Shown: positions 41,640 to 53,594, counted from the first letter of the stretch. The stretch is 64,000 nt of DNA from Kofleriaceae bacterium (GCA_965215005.1 CBDCCZ010000042.1:192001-256000); one strand, 5' to 3'. Numbers and translations are program-made. The notes: generated from the letters alone by a model not told the origin.

Positions 41640-42563
41640 ATGAGCTTGAATTCGCAAGTGCGCGAGAAGATCCAGGGTCTGATCACTTCTGATGAAGTGG
41701 TGCTCTTCATGAAGGGCAACCGCAACTTTCCTCAATGTGGTTTCTCGGCCACCGTTGTACAGATTCTCAACAACCTCGTCCCGAGCTACACCACCGTCAA
41801 CGTGCTGGCGGAGCCGGACGTTCGACAAGGAATCAAGGAATTTTCCGAGTGGCCGACGATCCCGCAGCTCTATATCCGCGGCGAGTTCGTCGGCGGCTGC
41901 GACATCATTCGCTCGATGTATGAGGCCGGAGAGCTGCACACCATGCTCGGCGCGGCGGCGCCCAAGCCGCCAGCGATCGAGCTCACGCCCGCGGCTGCCG
42001 AAGCACTAACCGGTGCCCTAGCCGAAGCCGAAGCCGGTGACGTCATTCATTTGGCGATCGACGCGAGCTTCAATCATCAGCTCAACGTCGGCCCCAAAGA
42101 CAGCTCGGCAATGCTAGTGGAGAGCCGCGGCGTTCCTCTCTGCGTCGAAGCGATGTCGGGGCAGCGCGCCGACGGCTTGGTGATCGATTTTGTCGACGGT
42201 CCGCAGGGCACCGGCTTCAAGATGAAGAATCCCAACGCGCCGCTCGGGGTCGAGGAGCTCGAGCCCACGGCAATGCAAGCCAAGTTAACGGCCGGCGAGC
42301 TCGCCGAGCTCTTCGACGTGCGCACCCCCGCGGAGCGTCAGAGCGCTCGCATCGAGCCATCGCGCCTGTTAGATGAAGCCGCGATGGAGCATCTAGGCAA
42401 CCTCGACCGCAACACGCCGATCGGCTTCTATTGCCATCACGGCGCCCGCAGTCGCGCCGCCGCCGAGCACTTCGCGGAGCAGGGCTTCCGGCGCGTCTAT
42501 AACCTCGCTGGCGGCATCGATCGCTGGTCGCAGGAAATCGATCCCTCGGTGCCGCGGTACTAG
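41640..42563 (+). CDS. grxD: Monothiol glutaredoxin fused to an IscA-like domain and a rhodanese domain
   Basis: LFMKG...[18 protein letters not shown]; middle IELTPAA...[19 protein letters not shown]-terminal YCHHGARS...NLAGGIDRW. Confidence 0.9.
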   Translation: MSLNSQVREKIQGLITSDEVVLFMKGNRNFPQCGFSATVVQILNNLVPSYTTVNVLAEPDVRQGIKEFSEWPTIPQLYIRGEFVGGCDIIRSMYEAGELHTMLGAAAPKPPAIELTPAAAEALTGALAEAEAGDVIHLAIDASFNHQLNVGPKDSSAMLVESRGVPLCVEAMSGQRADGLVIDFVDGPQGTGFKMKNPNAPLGVEELEPTAMQAKLTAGELAELFDVRTPAERQSARIEPSRLLDEAAMEHLGNLDRNTPIGFYCHHGARSRAAAEHFAEQGFRRVYNLAGGIDRWSQEIDPSVPRY

Positions 42564-42579
42564 AGAACCCCATCCACCC

Positions 42580-42618
42580 GCCGATGAGGATGCGCGCGAT
42601 GCGCGTCCTCGCGTCGGC
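42580..42618 (+). terminator. GC-rich hairpin downstream of grxD (no U-tract)
   Basis: gccgat-gagga-tgcgc/gcgcg-tcctc-gc-gtcggc stem. Confidence 0.3.
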
Positions 42619-42728
42619 CTACATCCCCTCCGTTATCCTCCAAATCGCGCCTAGAACCTCCAGAACGGCCTCTGGCGGCGATTTTCGCTAGCTCGGCCAG
42701 CGCTTGCATCTGCTACGATGGCGAGGCT

Positions 42729-43280
42729 ATGGCGTCAGACCCGCTGTCTTCCCACGGCACCCCTTTGCCGCGCGCGTCGGTCGCCCGGCCGCACACCATC
42801 CATCATGCGGCCAGCTGGATCGCCACCAAGCTCGAGCCGCCGCAGAGGATGCAGCACGGCGATGGCTTTCTGCTGCCGGCATGGTGGGCCTCGACCGGCG
42901 GCGTTACCGGCGGCATCGCCATGGCACTGATGGCGACCTTGGTCACCGACACGTTCTGGAACGCCTCGGCAATCGTGGTCGCGGCGTGGGCGCTGTGCGT
43001 CATCTTCGCGGTGATGGTGCTGTTCTGGCCGTTCCTGCTGTCGTTCTTCTGTTACCTGCCGCTGCGCGAGCACCTACAGTCGCGACCTCGGGCCGCGGTC
43101 TACGGCGCTGCGTGGCATCTCACAGCGCACTCTCTGGTCGCCAACGCCCTGGGCGTGGAGATCCTGCATCCGATGTTGCTGATCCCGCTGGTGGTCGGCG
43201 GCATCTGGGGAAGCTGGCTGCCGGCCGCGTTCGAGCCGCGTACCGCCGTCGACCGGCACCTTGGCCGCTACGGCTGGTAG
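42729..43280 (+). CDS. Hypothetical membrane protein
   Basis: About four hydrophobic helices; TACGAT upstream of the ATG. Confidence 0.6.
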   Translation: MASDPLSSHGTPLPRASVARPHTIHHAASWIATKLEPPQRMQHGDGFLLPAWWASTGGVTGGIAMALMATLVTDTFWNASAIVVAAWALCVIFAVMVLFWPFLLSFFCYLPLREHLQSRPRAAVYGAAWHLTAHSLVANALGVEILHPMLLIPLVVGGIWGSWLPAAFEPRTAVDRHLGRYGW

Positions 43281-43317
43281 CCGCGAAGGCATACCCGCCC
43301 GCATCGCTGGTGGCGGA

Positions 43318-43806
43318 TTACGCCGCCGCGCAGCACTTCTTGAACTTCTTGCCGCTACCGCACGGGCACGGTTCGTTGCGACCGACCTTGGGCGCCTCGC
43401 GCCTTGCCGGCTTTTGCCGCACCATCTCGCCGTCGACGTAGAACCAGCGGCCCTCATGCTTGCGAAACGTCGCCCGCTCATGATGCACCAGCGGCGCGCC
43501 GCTCATCTGATACCTGGCGATGAACTCGACGACGCCGCGGTCATCATCAGCGCCGCCGGCCTCGGTCGAGACGATCTCCAGGCCGTCCCAATCGGCTTCC
43601 GCGGACCACTTGGCGGCGCCGTCCCGGTCAACCTGCTCCCGCGACGTGGGATCGTGGCTGGCGAGCAAATAGTCGACCTCGCCGAGCACGTAGGCGGCGT
43701 AGCGCGACTTCATCAACTCCGCTGCGGTGCTGGGGGTGGCCTCGCCGCGGAGGAACGGCAACGACTCGGTAACGAGACTGGACTCGCGCTCGGCTGCGGT
43801 GCTCAC
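43318..43806 (-). CDS. ychJ: YchJ/UPF0225 protein with C-terminal SEC-C motif
   Basis: [61 protein letters not shown]. Confidence 0.9.
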   Translation of the reverse strand: MSTAAERESSLVTESLPFLRGEATPSTAAELMKSRYAAYVLGEVDYLLASHDPTSREQVDRDGAAKWSAEADWDGLEIVSTEAGGADDDRGVVEFIARYQMSGAPLVHHERATFRKHEGRWFYVDGEMVRQKPARREAPKVGRNEPCPCGSGKKFKKCCAAA

Positions 43807-44039
43807 TAGATGCTGCTCCTGATAGCGAAATAAGGGCGAGCGGGCGCTCGCGGCGCGAGCGTGCCTCGTCGCGGCGCTGGCGGCAAGCGGTTGCGACGCA
43901 CTCCGAGCGCACATCAACCGGCGCATGCAGACGCCGCTCGTGAAATCGCTGCGACTGGGCCCACAAAGCGAATCGGATTTCACTCCGCCGTCCCGTTTTC
44001 CGCGCGCCAGCGGGCGCATTCGATGCCACCATTGCTGCC

Positions 44040-45194
44040 GTGCCTCGGGTGCCCTTCTGCGTGCTTGTCCTTTCGCTTGGGCTGGCGATGCCGGCGCTGG
44101 CCAGCGGCGCGCCAAGCGACCGACCTCGCGTCGTCGGCGGCACCCCGGTGGCGGCCGGCGCCTGGCTCGACGCCGCCGCCGTCTACAGCAATGACGAGCT
44201 GTTTTGCACCGGCGTGCTCATCGCTCCACAGGTGATTCTCACCGCCGGTCACTGCTTGCTTGCAGTCATCACTCACGTCGAGCTCGGCGCCAATCGCCTC
44301 GGCGTTCCCGGCACGGTCTACGGCGTCGCGCGCCAAATCGCCTATCCGCGCTGGGAAAACACCTTTGACCTCGGCTTGCTGCTACTCGACCGCCCCAGCC
44401 CGCTGCCGCCGCGGCTCATCGCCAGCGGCTGCGCGAGCGAGCAGTACCTCGTCGAGGGGGCGCCGGTGACCATCGTCGGCTGGGGCGCGGTTGACGCCGA
44501 AGGTCGGGTGAGCACCCCCGAGCTCCTCGAGGCCGACACCCGCATCACCGATGCCAGCTGCCGCGACACCGCGGCCGGCTGCATGCCCGAGGCACAACCA
44601 CGGGGCGAGCTAGGCGCCGGAGGCGAGGGCATCGACTCGTGCAACGGCGACTCGGGCGGCCCGCTCTATCTGCGCACCGAGCGCGGCGATTTCCTCGCCG
44701 GCATCACCTCGCGCGGCTACGAAACCAACACGCTGCCCTGCTCCCAGGGCGGCATCTACGTGCGTCCTGACGCGGTTCTGGAGTGGATCGAGCGCACCGC
44801 TGGAGAACCGCTGCCGCGGCCCGTTTGCAACGCCGCGCCGGAGCCGGCGGTGCAAACGCTCGAGCTCACCGTTGGCGGCAGCGCCGAGCTGGTGCTCGAC
44901 CCGCTCGACCCCGACGCTGGCGATACCCACAGCTACGTCATCGCGACCGCGCCCCTTCACGGCAGCGCGGTCATCCGCAGCGATGGCACCCTGGAGTACA
45001 CCGCCGCGGCCGACTACGTCGGAACCGACTCCCTCGTTGTCGACATCACCGACAATGGCACCCCGCCGATAACTGGCGCCGCTCGCATCGAAGTAGTCAT
45101 CCGCGACGCCGGCGGCTGCAGCGCGACAGCAGCTCCCGGCGGAACGTGGCTACTGGCCCTGATGGCGCTGGGGCTGGGTCGACGCCGCGGATGA
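44040..45194 (+). CDS. Secreted trypsin-like (S1) serine protease with Ig-like domain and MYXO-CTERM sorting signal
   Basis: [38 protein letters not shown]...[13 protein letters not shown]. Confidence 0.92.
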   Translation: MPRVPFCVLVLSLGLAMPALASGAPSDRPRVVGGTPVAAGAWLDAAAVYSNDELFCTGVLIAPQVILTAGHCLLAVITHVELGANRLGVPGTVYGVARQIAYPRWENTFDLGLLLLDRPSPLPPRLIASGCASEQYLVEGAPVTIVGWGAVDAEGRVSTPELLEADTRITDASCRDTAAGCMPEAQPRGELGAGGEGIDSCNGDSGGPLYLRTERGDFLAGITSRGYETNTLPCSQGGIYVRPDAVLEWIERTAGEPLPRPVCNAAPEPAVQTLELTVGGSAELVLDPLDPDAGDTHSYVIATAPLHGSAVIRSDGTLEYTAAADYVGTDSLVVDITDNGTPPITGAARIEVVIRDAGGCSATAAPGGTWLLALMALGLGRRRG

Positions 45195-45229
45195 AGCAGC
45201 GGCGCTTCCGCGGTACAGTGGCAGCGTCG

Positions 45230-45787
45230 ATGAGCGAGAAAACCTACTGGCAACGCTGTAATAGCTGCGACGCTGAGCTCGACTACGGCCAGACCTATTG
45301 GGTCTGCAGCGTCTCGACATGCACCCGCAAGCGCACCGGCATGCGCTTCTGCTCGGTCTCGTGCTGGGAGGCGCATCTGCCGATGATGCGTCATCGCGAG
45401 GCATGGGCGGTGGAGGAGAAAGCGCCGAGCGAAGTCGAGTGGCGCGCGATGCGGGCCGCCGAAGAGGCCGACGAGCCGCGCCTCCCAACGTCGAGCAGTC
45501 GCGAGGTGGCGCCTGCTCGACGCGAGGTGGCGCCTGCGGTTCGCCGCCGCGTGATCGGTGACAGCGAGAACAACGATCAAGACGCGCCGCGCGATGTGCT
45601 GGTCGTGGTCTCCAAGCTCAAGAAGTACGTCCGGGCCCGCTCCGGCATGAACACCTCCGACGGTGTAACCGACCTTTTGAGCGACCACCTGCGCAGCCTC
45701 TGCAACAAGGCTATTCGCGTCGCCGCGCAAGAGGGGCGCAAGACCGTGCTCGATCGCGATTTCGCCAAAGTGCTCGAGGGCGGCTGA
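45230..45787 (+). CDS. Bacterial histone-fold protein with N-terminal Cys/His zinc finger (ZZ-histone type)
   Basis: C-terminal DVLVVVSKLKKYVR...MNTS...GRKTVLDRDF with the histone RKT and RxxxxxD clamp; N-terminal CxxC...CxxxxC...CxxxCxxxH. Confidence 0.85.
   Translation: MSEKTYWQRCNSCDAELDYGQTYWVCSVSTCTRKRTGMRFCSVSCWEAHLPMMRHREAWAVEEKAPSEVEWRAMRAAEEADEPRLPTSSSREVAPARREVAPAVRRRVIGDSENNDQDAPRDVLVVVSKLKKYVRARSGMNTSDGVTDLLSDHLRSLCNKAIRVAAQEGRKTVLDRDFAKVLEGG
45500..45537 (+). repeat. 21-bp-period in-frame duplication in the histone linker (REVAPA x2)
   Basis: cgcgaggtggcgcctgc at 45500-45516 and 45521-45537. Confidence 0.85.
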
Positions 45788-45796
45788 GCCCAGCGC

Positions 45797-46051
45797 TCAC
45801 TCGCTGGCGAGGTCCAGCTCGAGGTGGAGCAGGACCTCGTCCTGGCTCGCCATGCCGCGGTTGCCGCCGCGCAGCTTCCAGCCCTCGAGCTGGCCTAGCT
45901 CGCGCAACACGGCGGCCAATACCCGCGGCTGGACGGACTCGTAGAACGCCTTGCGCCACTCATAGCCGTCGAGCTCACCGTCATAGTCCTCGGGGAAGGC
46001 GGCGCGCGCCTCCAGGCGAACGACCCACGTCGCAGATTCGGTGTAGTCCAT
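45797..46051 (-). CDS. Small hypothetical protein
   Basis: AGGAG RBS; 84 aa; coding-like composition. Confidence 0.7.
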   Translation of the reverse strand: MDYTESATWVVRLEARAAFPEDYDGELDGYEWRKAFYESVQPRVLAAVLRELGQLEGWKLRGGNRGMASQDEVLLHLELDLASE

Positions 46052-46088
46052 ATGTTTCTCCTAAGCGGCGCGGCCGCCGGTGTTGACT

Positions 46089-47180
46089 TCAGTCCACTCG
46101 CGTCACGCCCACGGCGATGACGCGGTCGGCGTCGACGTCGACGGTGAGAAAATGGCGGCCGATGCCGTCCCAGCGCTCGGGCAAGGCGCCGCCGCCGCCA
46201 GAAATATAGGCCGGAATGCCGGCGTTCTCGAAGGCGTAGTACGAGTGGATGTGGCCGTAGAAGGTGAGGTCGACCCCGCCGCGCGCCAGCCGTGCAAGGA
46301 GCTTCTGTGCCTCGCGGACGCTGCGAAACGACCCGGCGCGCACGCCGATTGGGTCGAGCGGCGGAAAGTGGGTGAAGAACAGATGCACGCGATCGGCAGC
46401 GGCGTTGAGCCAGTCCTGCAGCCAGTCATACACCAGCGGATCGATGGAGGCGTTGGCGGAATCGACCAGCGAAAACACCACGCCGCGAAACTCGAAGTGC
46501 ACGTTGTAGCGGCCAAAGCGGCGCTGAAACCGCCGCGGATCTTCCCACAGCTCGTGATTGCCGATGGTGCTGTAATACGGCACCGGCAAGGCCGCGAGCT
46601 GGGCCGAGAACAGCTCGTATTCGGCGGATTCGGCGGCTTGCACGATATCGCCGGTGGAGACGACGAAGCGAATGGAAGGATCCGCGGCGATGGTCGCGAA
46701 GACGTCATCGACCTCATCGAGAGCCTCTTGAATATCGCCCATGACGGCAAAGCGCCACGCAGTTTGCTCCGCTGCGTCCGGTGGCGCGATCCGCAACGTA
46801 AACTCACGCGTCCCTGCCGGCTGTACGAGCCAGCGGCGCTGCGTCGAACGCGCGTCCGGCTCATCGTCTGCGGCGATGCCCACCGACGGGTCGCTGGCGG
46901 TCAGCACGGCATCTGCCAAGCAGTTGTTGCAGATGAGCGCCGCCGCGCGGGCCGTGCTCGGCGCCGTCACGAGAATCTCCAGCACCGGCGCCTGCGCCCA
47001 CAGCTCCCAGCGCTCGGGCTCTAGCACCAGCCAATGACCGAGACCATCGACGACCTCAAATCCCACGCCGCCAGCGCGGCCTACGCCTATCGCTAAATCA
47101 TCGACGGCGCGGTCTTCGCCGCCGCGCAAGCAGCCGCCAACCACGACCAGAAGTAAGGCCGCGGCAGGCGCTCTCATCAT
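46089..47180 (-). CDS. Calcineurin-like metallophosphoesterase lipoprotein
   Basis: GDIQ, TGDI, GNHE, THFP, GHIH; lipobox VGGC. Confidence 0.88.
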   Translation of the reverse strand: MMRAPAAALLLVVVGGCLRGGEDRAVDDLAIGVGRAGGVGFEVVDGLGHWLVLEPERWELWAQAPVLEILVTAPSTARAAALICNNCLADAVLTASDPSVGIAADDEPDARSTQRRWLVQPAGTREFTLRIAPPDAAEQTAWRFAVMGDIQEALDEVDDVFATIAADPSIRFVVSTGDIVQAAESAEYELFSAQLAALPVPYYSTIGNHELWEDPRRFQRRFGRYNVHFEFRGVVFSLVDSANASIDPLVYDWLQDWLNAAADRVHLFFTHFPPLDPIGVRAGSFRSVREAQKLLARLARGGVDLTFYGHIHSYYAFENAGIPAYISGGGGALPERWDGIGRHFLTVDVDADRVIAVGVTRVD

Positions 47181-47256
47181 GGCAACAAACCGCTTCATCC
47201 GCGCGCGCAGCATAGCTGACCGGCACGCGCTATCGAGCCCGTTTGCGGCCGATGGC

Positions 47257-48414
47257 TCACAGCGAGGCCCAGCGAACGCCAAGAGCAATGCGCGCGACGT
47301 AGGCCGAGCCAGCGTCGAAGCCGGCGAGGACCGCCCAGTCGCCGAGGCGGTGCTCGACCTCGCCACCGAAATAGCCGAGGAAGCCGTTGCCGTTCGACGG
47401 GGTGGCAAAGCCGCCGGGATAGTTATCGCGACGATGGCGGTAGTACATCCGCAGCAGGCCATGCGGCAGGTGCACGCCAACGCCAAAGCCCCCCAGGAGC
47501 AGCGAGTCGACATCGGGTGAGGCGTCGACGCCAGCGTAGTCGCTGATCGCCAGCCCGAGCCCAAAATCGAGCTCCGCGAACATGCCGTGGAGCAAGGCGG
47601 CAGCGGAGCCGAGCTCGAGGCGAGTGTGCAGCGCGGCCTCGACGGTGGTCACGGCAAAGCGCTCCTGGCCGAAATGCTGCCAAGAAACGGCGCCGAAGCC
47701 ATCGAGGGTGAGTGGCCCGGCGGTGGCATGGTCCGCGCTCGGTCCGCGAATGCGGCCGCCGAGCTCGAGCCGCAGCCGCTGATTATCGGCGCCAGTGGCC
47801 ACCCACAGCGATGGTCGTGCGACCAGGCGCCGCCACCACAGCTCGGCGTGGAACGTTGCAAAGCTCTGGTAATCGAACTGCGGGTCATCGACGAAGGCGT
47901 ACCCCGCGGCTATCGCGAGCGCATCGACGCCCTGCGGTGGCGCAGCGGCCAGTCGGGCGAGCCCGGCGCTAGCGGCGACGTCGACGACGTAGCCAATCAG
48001 CATCACGCCGGCGCCCGACACCAGCAGCGGAATCGCTGGCAAGCTCACCCGCCGCGATGCGCCGGTGGCGGCGAGTGGGATGCCGCCGGCGAGCAACGCG
48101 GCCAGCCCCAACGCCTCACTCGTCACCAGCCAACGGGCGCCGCGACGATCACCCGCTACATACAGCCCGGAGCCGTTGATCGGCAGCAGCGCAGCCAGCG
48201 TGCTGACCGGGCCGGTCGCGATAGGCGATGGTTCACTGGCGGCTCGTGGGTTCTCATCAGCAGCCGTCGTAGCGGCGGGCGCGGCATCGAATGGCTTGGA
48301 CGCGGCAACCGGCTCATCGCGAGCGTCGACAGGCTCGATTTCTGGCTCGGCTACCGCGGGCTGCGGGGACCCGACCAGCGCGAGCACAAGGAGCCCGGTG
48401 AGCGCGCGCCGCAT
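47257..48414 (-). CDS. Hypothetical secreted / outer-membrane protein
   Basis: Signal peptide; alternating beta-strand-like C-terminal half; 4 bp after the ppc stop. Confidence 0.6.
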   Translation of the reverse strand: MRRALTGLLVLALVGSPQPAVAEPEIEPVDARDEPVAASKPFDAAPAATTAADENPRAASEPSPIATGPVSTLAALLPINGSGLYVAGDRRGARWLVTSEALGLAALLAGGIPLAATGASRRVSLPAIPLLVSGAGVMLIGYVVDVAASAGLARLAAAPPQGVDALAIAAGYAFVDDPQFDYQSFATFHAELWWRRLVARPSLWVATGADNQRLRLELGGRIRGPSADHATAGPLTLDGFGAVSWQHFGQERFAVTTVEAALHTRLELGSAAALLHGMFAELDFGLGLAISDYAGVDASPDVDSLLLGGFGVGVHLPHGLLRMYYRHRRDNYPGGFATPSNGNGFLGYFGGEVEHRLGDWAVLAGFDAGSAYVARIALGVRWASL

Positions 48415-48418
48415 TGTC

Positions 48419-51142
48419 TCAACCCGCGGTCTGCAAGCCGGCCGCGATGCCGTTGATGGTGATGAATAGGATGTCGAGGATCGCTTGCCGCTCGTCGTCG
48501 CTGTCGCTGCGGCGCAGCCTGCCGAGCAGCTCGATCTGCGCGTGACTGAGCACATCGACATAGGGGTTGCGGCGCTTGACGGTGGTCATCAAGTGCGAGC
48601 GATTGCCCAGCAGCGACTGGCGATCGAGCACCTCCAGAAGCCGGCGCACCGTGCGCTCGTGTTCCGACGCGATGAGCTCGAACACCGCTTTGGCATCGTC
48701 ATCCGCGAGCTCGGCGTATTGCGCGGCCACGTCGATGTCGGCACGGGTGAGCGCCAGCTGCGCGTTGTTGATGAGCGCGCGAAAGAATGGCGAGTCGCGA
48801 AACAGCTCGCGCGCCCGCTCGATGCCCTCGCGCTCCGCAATCTCCTCGAGCGCGGTGCCGAGCCCAAACCACCCCGGCAGGCCATGGCGGCTCTGATTCC
48901 ACGAAAACACCCATGGAATGGCGCGCAGATCCTGGAACGACAGCCCCTGCTTGCGCGAGGCCGGGCGCGAGCCAATCGGCAACTTGGCGACCTGCTGGAT
49001 CGGTGTTGCCGCGATCGCGTAGCGCGCCAGCCGCTCGGGATCGGCGAGTAGCGCGTCGTAGGAGGCTTGCGCTTTGCCTGCCGCGGAGTCGAACAACCGA
49101 TTGCGCGCCGCGAGCTCGCCGGCGGGCGGCGGAACTCGCTCCTCGAGAATCGCCAACAGCACCGCGCTCGTCATCTGCTCGAGATCGCGCAACGCGACCT
49201 CGGCATGACCGTACCGCCCGCGAATCGTCTCACCCTGCTCGGTGACGCGCAGCCGGCCGCGCACCGCCTGGGGCGGCTGCGCACGAATCGCACGGCTCCC
49301 GGGACCACCGCCGCGGCCGATCGCGCCGCCGCGGCCGTGAAAAATCGTGAGCGGCACGTCGTGGCGCTCAGCCACCCGCGCGAGTGCTAGCTGAGCGCGG
49401 CGCAGCGCCACGGCGGCGGCAAAGAAACCCACTTGTTTGCCCGCATCCGAGTAGCCAATCATCACCTCGAGCTCGCCACCAAGCGCGCGCCGAAGCGGCC
49501 CGAGCGTGAGCATCTGCTCGGCAATCTCGGCGCCGCGGTCGAGGTCTTCGAGCTGCTCGAGGAGCGGCACCGGGCGCAGCTCCCCCGGCGCAAGGCCGGC
49601 AACCGCCTGCAGCACCAGCACCTCGAGGAGGTCACTCACCTGCGAGGTGAAGCTGACGACATAGCGCTCGCAAGCACCGTGGCCCTGCTCGCGTCGCGCC
49701 CGGCCCACCACTTCCAGCGTCGCTAACAGCTCACGGGTTTCGGCGCAGAGCTCGGTGCGCGGCGTATCGAAGAGCGGCTCCGCGCTATCCAAAAGCTCGC
49801 AAAGCCGCGCCACGCGCTCCGCTTCGGTCATAGCCGCATAGTCGCCGTGGCCGCTTACGGCCAGAATTTCGGCCACCGCGCGCTCGTGGAAAGAAGAATG
49901 CTGCCGCACATCGAGGCTGGCCAAGTGAAAGCCAAACACCTCGGCGCGGCGACGCGCATTCCGCAGCGCGCCCGCGGCGAGCCGCTCGAGCCCGCATGCC
50001 TCGAGAGTGGTTTCGAGGAGCCGCAGGTCGGCGAGGTAGTCTTCGCAGCGGAAGTAGCCGGCATCGCCGCGCGTGAGGGCCTTCTCGAGCCGCTCGCGCA
50101 TGTACCAGAGCTTCTCGCGCCACGGCTCGAACGGCCCGTATCGCAGCGCCCGGGCCGCGACCTCGGGCAGTCGCTCGCGTTCCCGCTCGAGATCTTCTTC
50201 CAGCGGCGCTAACCCGGTGGCACGCGCCACCCGGCGAAGCGAGACCGACAGCGAGCGGCGCAGCTCCTCGACGTCGCGCAAGTACCGGCGCAGCGCCACG
50301 GTGCGGTGGCGCTCGAGCACCGCGCGGGTGATTTCGCTGGTGACGAAGGGATTGCCATCGCGGTCGCCGCCGATCCAACTGCCCCAGCGCAGCAGCGACG
50401 GCACCTCGAAGCGCTCGCCGGGATACGCCGAGGCCAAGGCATCTTCGAATTCGCGATAGAACGCAGGAGTCACCTCCAGCAGGACCTCGAACACCGCCAT
50501 GCCGCTCTCGAGCTCATCGCGTGGCGACGGCTTGTGAGCGCGCGATTCCTCGGTGACGTACAGCGCCGCAACCGCACGCCGCAGCCGCTCGAGCAGCTCG
50601 GCGCGCTCGCGACCGCTGAGCTGGGTGCGATCGAGGGTGTCGATGGCGCCGGTCACCACCGCGAGATGATCGAGGACCGTGCGCCGGCGCGCTTCGGTGG
50701 GGTGCGCGGTCAATACCGGCATGACGAACATGCGCGCCAAGAAGCCGCGCAGCTCGGCGGCGCTCACGCCGGCTTCGGCCAACTGCCCAAGCGCCGCCGC
50801 CAAGGACCCCTCGAGGGTCTTGCCGCGGCGATCGCGGTCGCGCAGCACTCGAATGCGGTGTTGCTGCTCGGCAGCGTTGACGAGATGAAACCAGAGCGTG
50901 AAGGCCCGCGCGACCAAGGCGAGCTCGGCCAGGCTCTGATCGGCAAAGCGCTGACTAAACGCGGCGCGACCACCGGGCAGGCGCTCTTCGCGCAGGGCCA
51001 CCGCCTCATCGCGGAGGGCATCGAGCTTGGCCAACACCTCAGCGGAGGAGAGCTCGGCGATGGCTCCATCGAGGATCTCGGCCAGGAACGCGATGTCGGC
51101 GTCGAGCGCGGCGAGCGAGACGGGGCTACCGGGGGCGTTCAT
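48419..51142 (-). CDS. ppc: Phosphoenolpyruvate carboxylase
   Basis: [43 protein letters not shown] end; AGGAGG RBS. Confidence 0.97.
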   Translation of the reverse strand: MNAPGSPVSLAALDADIAFLAEILDGAIAELSSAEVLAKLDALRDEAVALREERLPGGRAAFSQRFADQSLAELALVARAFTLWFHLVNAAEQQHRIRVLRDRDRRGKTLEGSLAAALGQLAEAGVSAAELRGFLARMFVMPVLTAHPTEARRRTVLDHLAVVTGAIDTLDRTQLSGRERAELLERLRRAVAALYVTEESRAHKPSPRDELESGMAVFEVLLEVTPAFYREFEDALASAYPGERFEVPSLLRWGSWIGGDRDGNPFVTSEITRAVLERHRTVALRRYLRDVEELRRSLSVSLRRVARATGLAPLEEDLERERERLPEVAARALRYGPFEPWREKLWYMRERLEKALTRGDAGYFRCEDYLADLRLLETTLEACGLERLAAGALRNARRRAEVFGFHLASLDVRQHSSFHERAVAEILAVSGHGDYAAMTEAERVARLCELLDSAEPLFDTPRTELCAETRELLATLEVVGRARREQGHGACERYVVSFTSQVSDLLEVLVLQAVAGLAPGELRPVPLLEQLEDLDRGAEIAEQMLTLGPLRRALGGELEVMIGYSDAGKQVGFFAAAVALRRAQLALARVAERHDVPLTIFHGRGGAIGRGGGPGSRAIRAQPPQAVRGRLRVTEQGETIRGRYGHAEVALRDLEQMTSAVLLAILEERVPPPAGELAARNRLFDSAAGKAQASYDALLADPERLARYAIAATPIQQVAKLPIGSRPASRKQGLSFQDLRAIPWVFSWNQSRHGLPGWFGLGTALEEIAEREGIERARELFRDSPFFRALINNAQLALTRADIDVAAQYAELADDDAKAVFELIASEHERTVRRLLEVLDRQSLLGNRSHLMTTVKRRNPYVDVLSHAQIELLGRLRRSDSDDERQAILDILFITINGIAAGLQTAG

Positions 51143-51260
51143 ACCCTCCTGGTGTATCACGCACCCCGGCGATGATAGCGACACCGCGGCGAGCGCGGCA
51201 CGAGCCCCGTCAGCCGTTAGGTCCGAGGCGTCGTGCGGCGCCGCGTGGTACAGAATCATC

Positions 51261-52079
51261 GTGGAGCTCGACAAGACGATCGGTTTTCTCGGCGCCGGCA
51301 ACATGGCTGAAGCTCTGATTTCCGGCCTGCTCGCCGCCGGCGTTCCCGCCGATCACATCGTCGCGTCGGCGCCGCGCCCGGAACGATTGTCGCAGCTCCA
51401 CGAGCGCTACGCGATCGGCACGACCACCTCCAATGTAGAGCTGGTAAGTCGTTCCGAGCTGCTGGTGCTGGCGGTCAAGCCGCAAATCATGGATCGGGTG
51501 CTGCTCGAGGTCGGACAGCGCGTTGCCACGAGCGCGCTAATCGTATCCGTCGCCGCCGGCGTCACGCTTGCGACCATCGAGGAGCGCTTGCCACCCGCGA
51601 CGCGCGTGATTCGCGCCATGCCCAACACCCCGGCGCTGGTCAAAGCTGGCGCTACGGCCATTGCGCGCGGCACCCACGCCACCGACGCGGATCTGGCCAT
51701 TGCGACCTTCATCTTCGACGCCGTCGGCATCACCGTCGCCCTCGAAGAATTGCACCTCGATGCGGTCACCGGCCTATCCGGAAGCGGCCCAGCGTACATT
51801 TTTCTCATCCTCGAGGCGTTCGCCGATGCCGGCGTCAAAGTCGGGTTGTCGCGGCGCAACGCCCAGCGGCTGGCCGCGCAGACGGTCATGGGCTCGGCCA
51901 AGATGCTGCTCGAGACCGACGAGCATCCCGGTCGACTCAAAGACATGGTCACCTCGCCGGGCGGCACCGCCATCGCCGGGCTGCACACCCTCGAGCAGGG
52001 CGGCCTGCGGACCACGCTCATCAACGCGGTCGAGTCAGCGACCAATCGCGCGCGCGAGCTCGGCGCCAAGAAGTCGTGA
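51261..52079 (+). CDS. proC: Pyrroline-5-carboxylate reductase
   Basis: [35 protein letters not shown]. Confidence 0.96.
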   Translation: MELDKTIGFLGAGNMAEALISGLLAAGVPADHIVASAPRPERLSQLHERYAIGTTTSNVELVSRSELLVLAVKPQIMDRVLLEVGQRVATSALIVSVAAGVTLATIEERLPPATRVIRAMPNTPALVKAGATAIARGTHATDADLAIATFIFDAVGITVALEELHLDAVTGLSGSGPAYIFLILEAFADAGVKVGLSRRNAQRLAAQTVMGSAKMLLETDEHPGRLKDMVTSPGGTAIAGLHTLEQGGLRTTLINAVESATNRARELGAKKS

Positions 52080-52140
52080 TTGCCGCCAACGCCGTGCGCG
52101 GCCTCGATGCACCCACGCTACGACGCCGGCTGGAGTCTGC

Positions 52141-53541
52141 ATGAAAGCGAAGAGCGGGAGGCACCGTCGAGTCGCACGAGCTGCCGCGGTCGGCGCACCT
52201 TCACTCAGCCCACTCGTCGCGCTGCTGCTCGTTGGCTGGATTTCTGGCTGCAGCGGCGCTCGCGGCACCATTGAGCTCACGGTGACAGCCGCTCCCGAGA
52301 GCGAGCTGCTCGCGCAGCTCGACCGCGTGCGCCTCACCCTCACCTCGCCCGGTCTCACCGTGGAGCGCAGCCGCGCCGCCGATGGCAGCTTTGCGCTCGC
52401 GCTCGACGTCGACGCCCAGGGACAGCTCGGCCAGGTGATCTTTGAAGGCTTCGATGACGCCGGCGAACTCATTGCTTACGGTCGCACGCCGCCGCTTCCA
52501 ATCGCGGCCATCGACGCTGCCGTTACCATCTATGTCGCGCCGCCGCTGTCGGTGCGCCAGGCCCCGGCGACGCTGCTGCCGCCGCGTGATGAGCTCGGCA
52601 CCGCCGCCCTGGCGTATGGCGCGGCGTTGGTTGGCGGGCGCTTGGCGGACGGCTCACCGTCGGCGGCGATGAGCATCTACAACGCGTATGACCACGCGAT
52701 GCAGGAGGAAGCGCCGCTGCCCGAAGCGCGCCGCTCGATGCTCGCGCTCGCCGGCGCCAACGGCGACATCTATGCGTTCGGTGGCCTCGATGCCAGCGCC
52801 GCGGCGCGCGCCGAAGGGTGGCGGTACGTGCCCAGCGCCGGCGGCTATGTCGCGCTCATGGCCGAGCCCTCGCTGGCGCGCGCCGGGGCTGCCGGAGCGC
52901 CTCTCGGCGGCGAGCGCTTCGTCATCGCTGGTGACCCGCTGCTGGTCCTCGACGGCCTCGCTAGCAGCATCACGCCGCTGCCCGAGCAGCCCGCACAGCT
53001 CGGCGCCGTTGCCTCGAGCCGCACCGGTCGCCTCATCGACACCTTGTTTGCCGATAGTAGCGGCCTGGCGCTGCTCAGCGGCGGTGAGCTCGTCGCCGTC
53101 GATGCTCCCAGCGACGCGCTGCGCACCGGCCACGCCATCGTGGTGCTACCCGGGGGCGACTTTCTGATCCTCGGCGGCAGCGACGCCACCGGCCCCGTCG
53201 CTTCCGCGGTTCGCGTAGAACCCCGCAACCGCGCCGCGACGAGCATCGCCTCGGTGTTGGCCACGCCACGCCGCGATGCCGCCATTGCCGCAACCGGCGA
53301 GCTCATCGCCATTGCCGGCGGCACCCTCGACGACGGCACCGTCGCAGGCGACGTTGAGCTCATCGACGCCGTCACGCTCGCCCCGCTGAAACGCGAGCCG
53401 CTCATCGTCGCCCGCACCGGCGCCGCGGCGGTGGCCTTGCCGAGCGGTCACATCCTCATCGCAGGCGGCACTGACGCCAGCGGCGCACCGGTCGCCGTCC
53501 TAGAGCTGGTGACGCCGAGCGCCGCTGCGCTCACCCCTTGA
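52141..53541 (+). CDS. Kelch/galactose-oxidase-repeat lipoprotein
   Basis: Lipobox ISGC; repeated R-x-GH/AA...ILIAGG kelch blades; start uncertain. Confidence 0.7.
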   Translation: MKAKSGRHRRVARAAAVGAPSLSPLVALLLVGWISGCSGARGTIELTVTAAPESELLAQLDRVRLTLTSPGLTVERSRAADGSFALALDVDAQGQLGQVIFEGFDDAGELIAYGRTPPLPIAAIDAAVTIYVAPPLSVRQAPATLLPPRDELGTAALAYGAALVGGRLADGSPSAAMSIYNAYDHAMQEEAPLPEARRSMLALAGANGDIYAFGGLDASAAARAEGWRYVPSAGGYVALMAEPSLARAGAAGAPLGGERFVIAGDPLLVLDGLASSITPLPEQPAQLGAVASSRTGRLIDTLFADSSGLALLSGGELVAVDAPSDALRTGHAIVVLPGGDFLILGGSDATGPVASAVRVEPRNRAATSIASVLATPRRDAAIAATGELIAIAGGTLDDGTVAGDVELIDAVTLAPLKREPLIVARTGAAAVALPSGHILIAGGTDASGAPVAVLELVTPSAAALTP

Positions 53542-53594
53542 CGGGCGGCAGCGGATCGAGCGGCGTGTCGATGCCCTGGGGCAATAGGTCGTCT

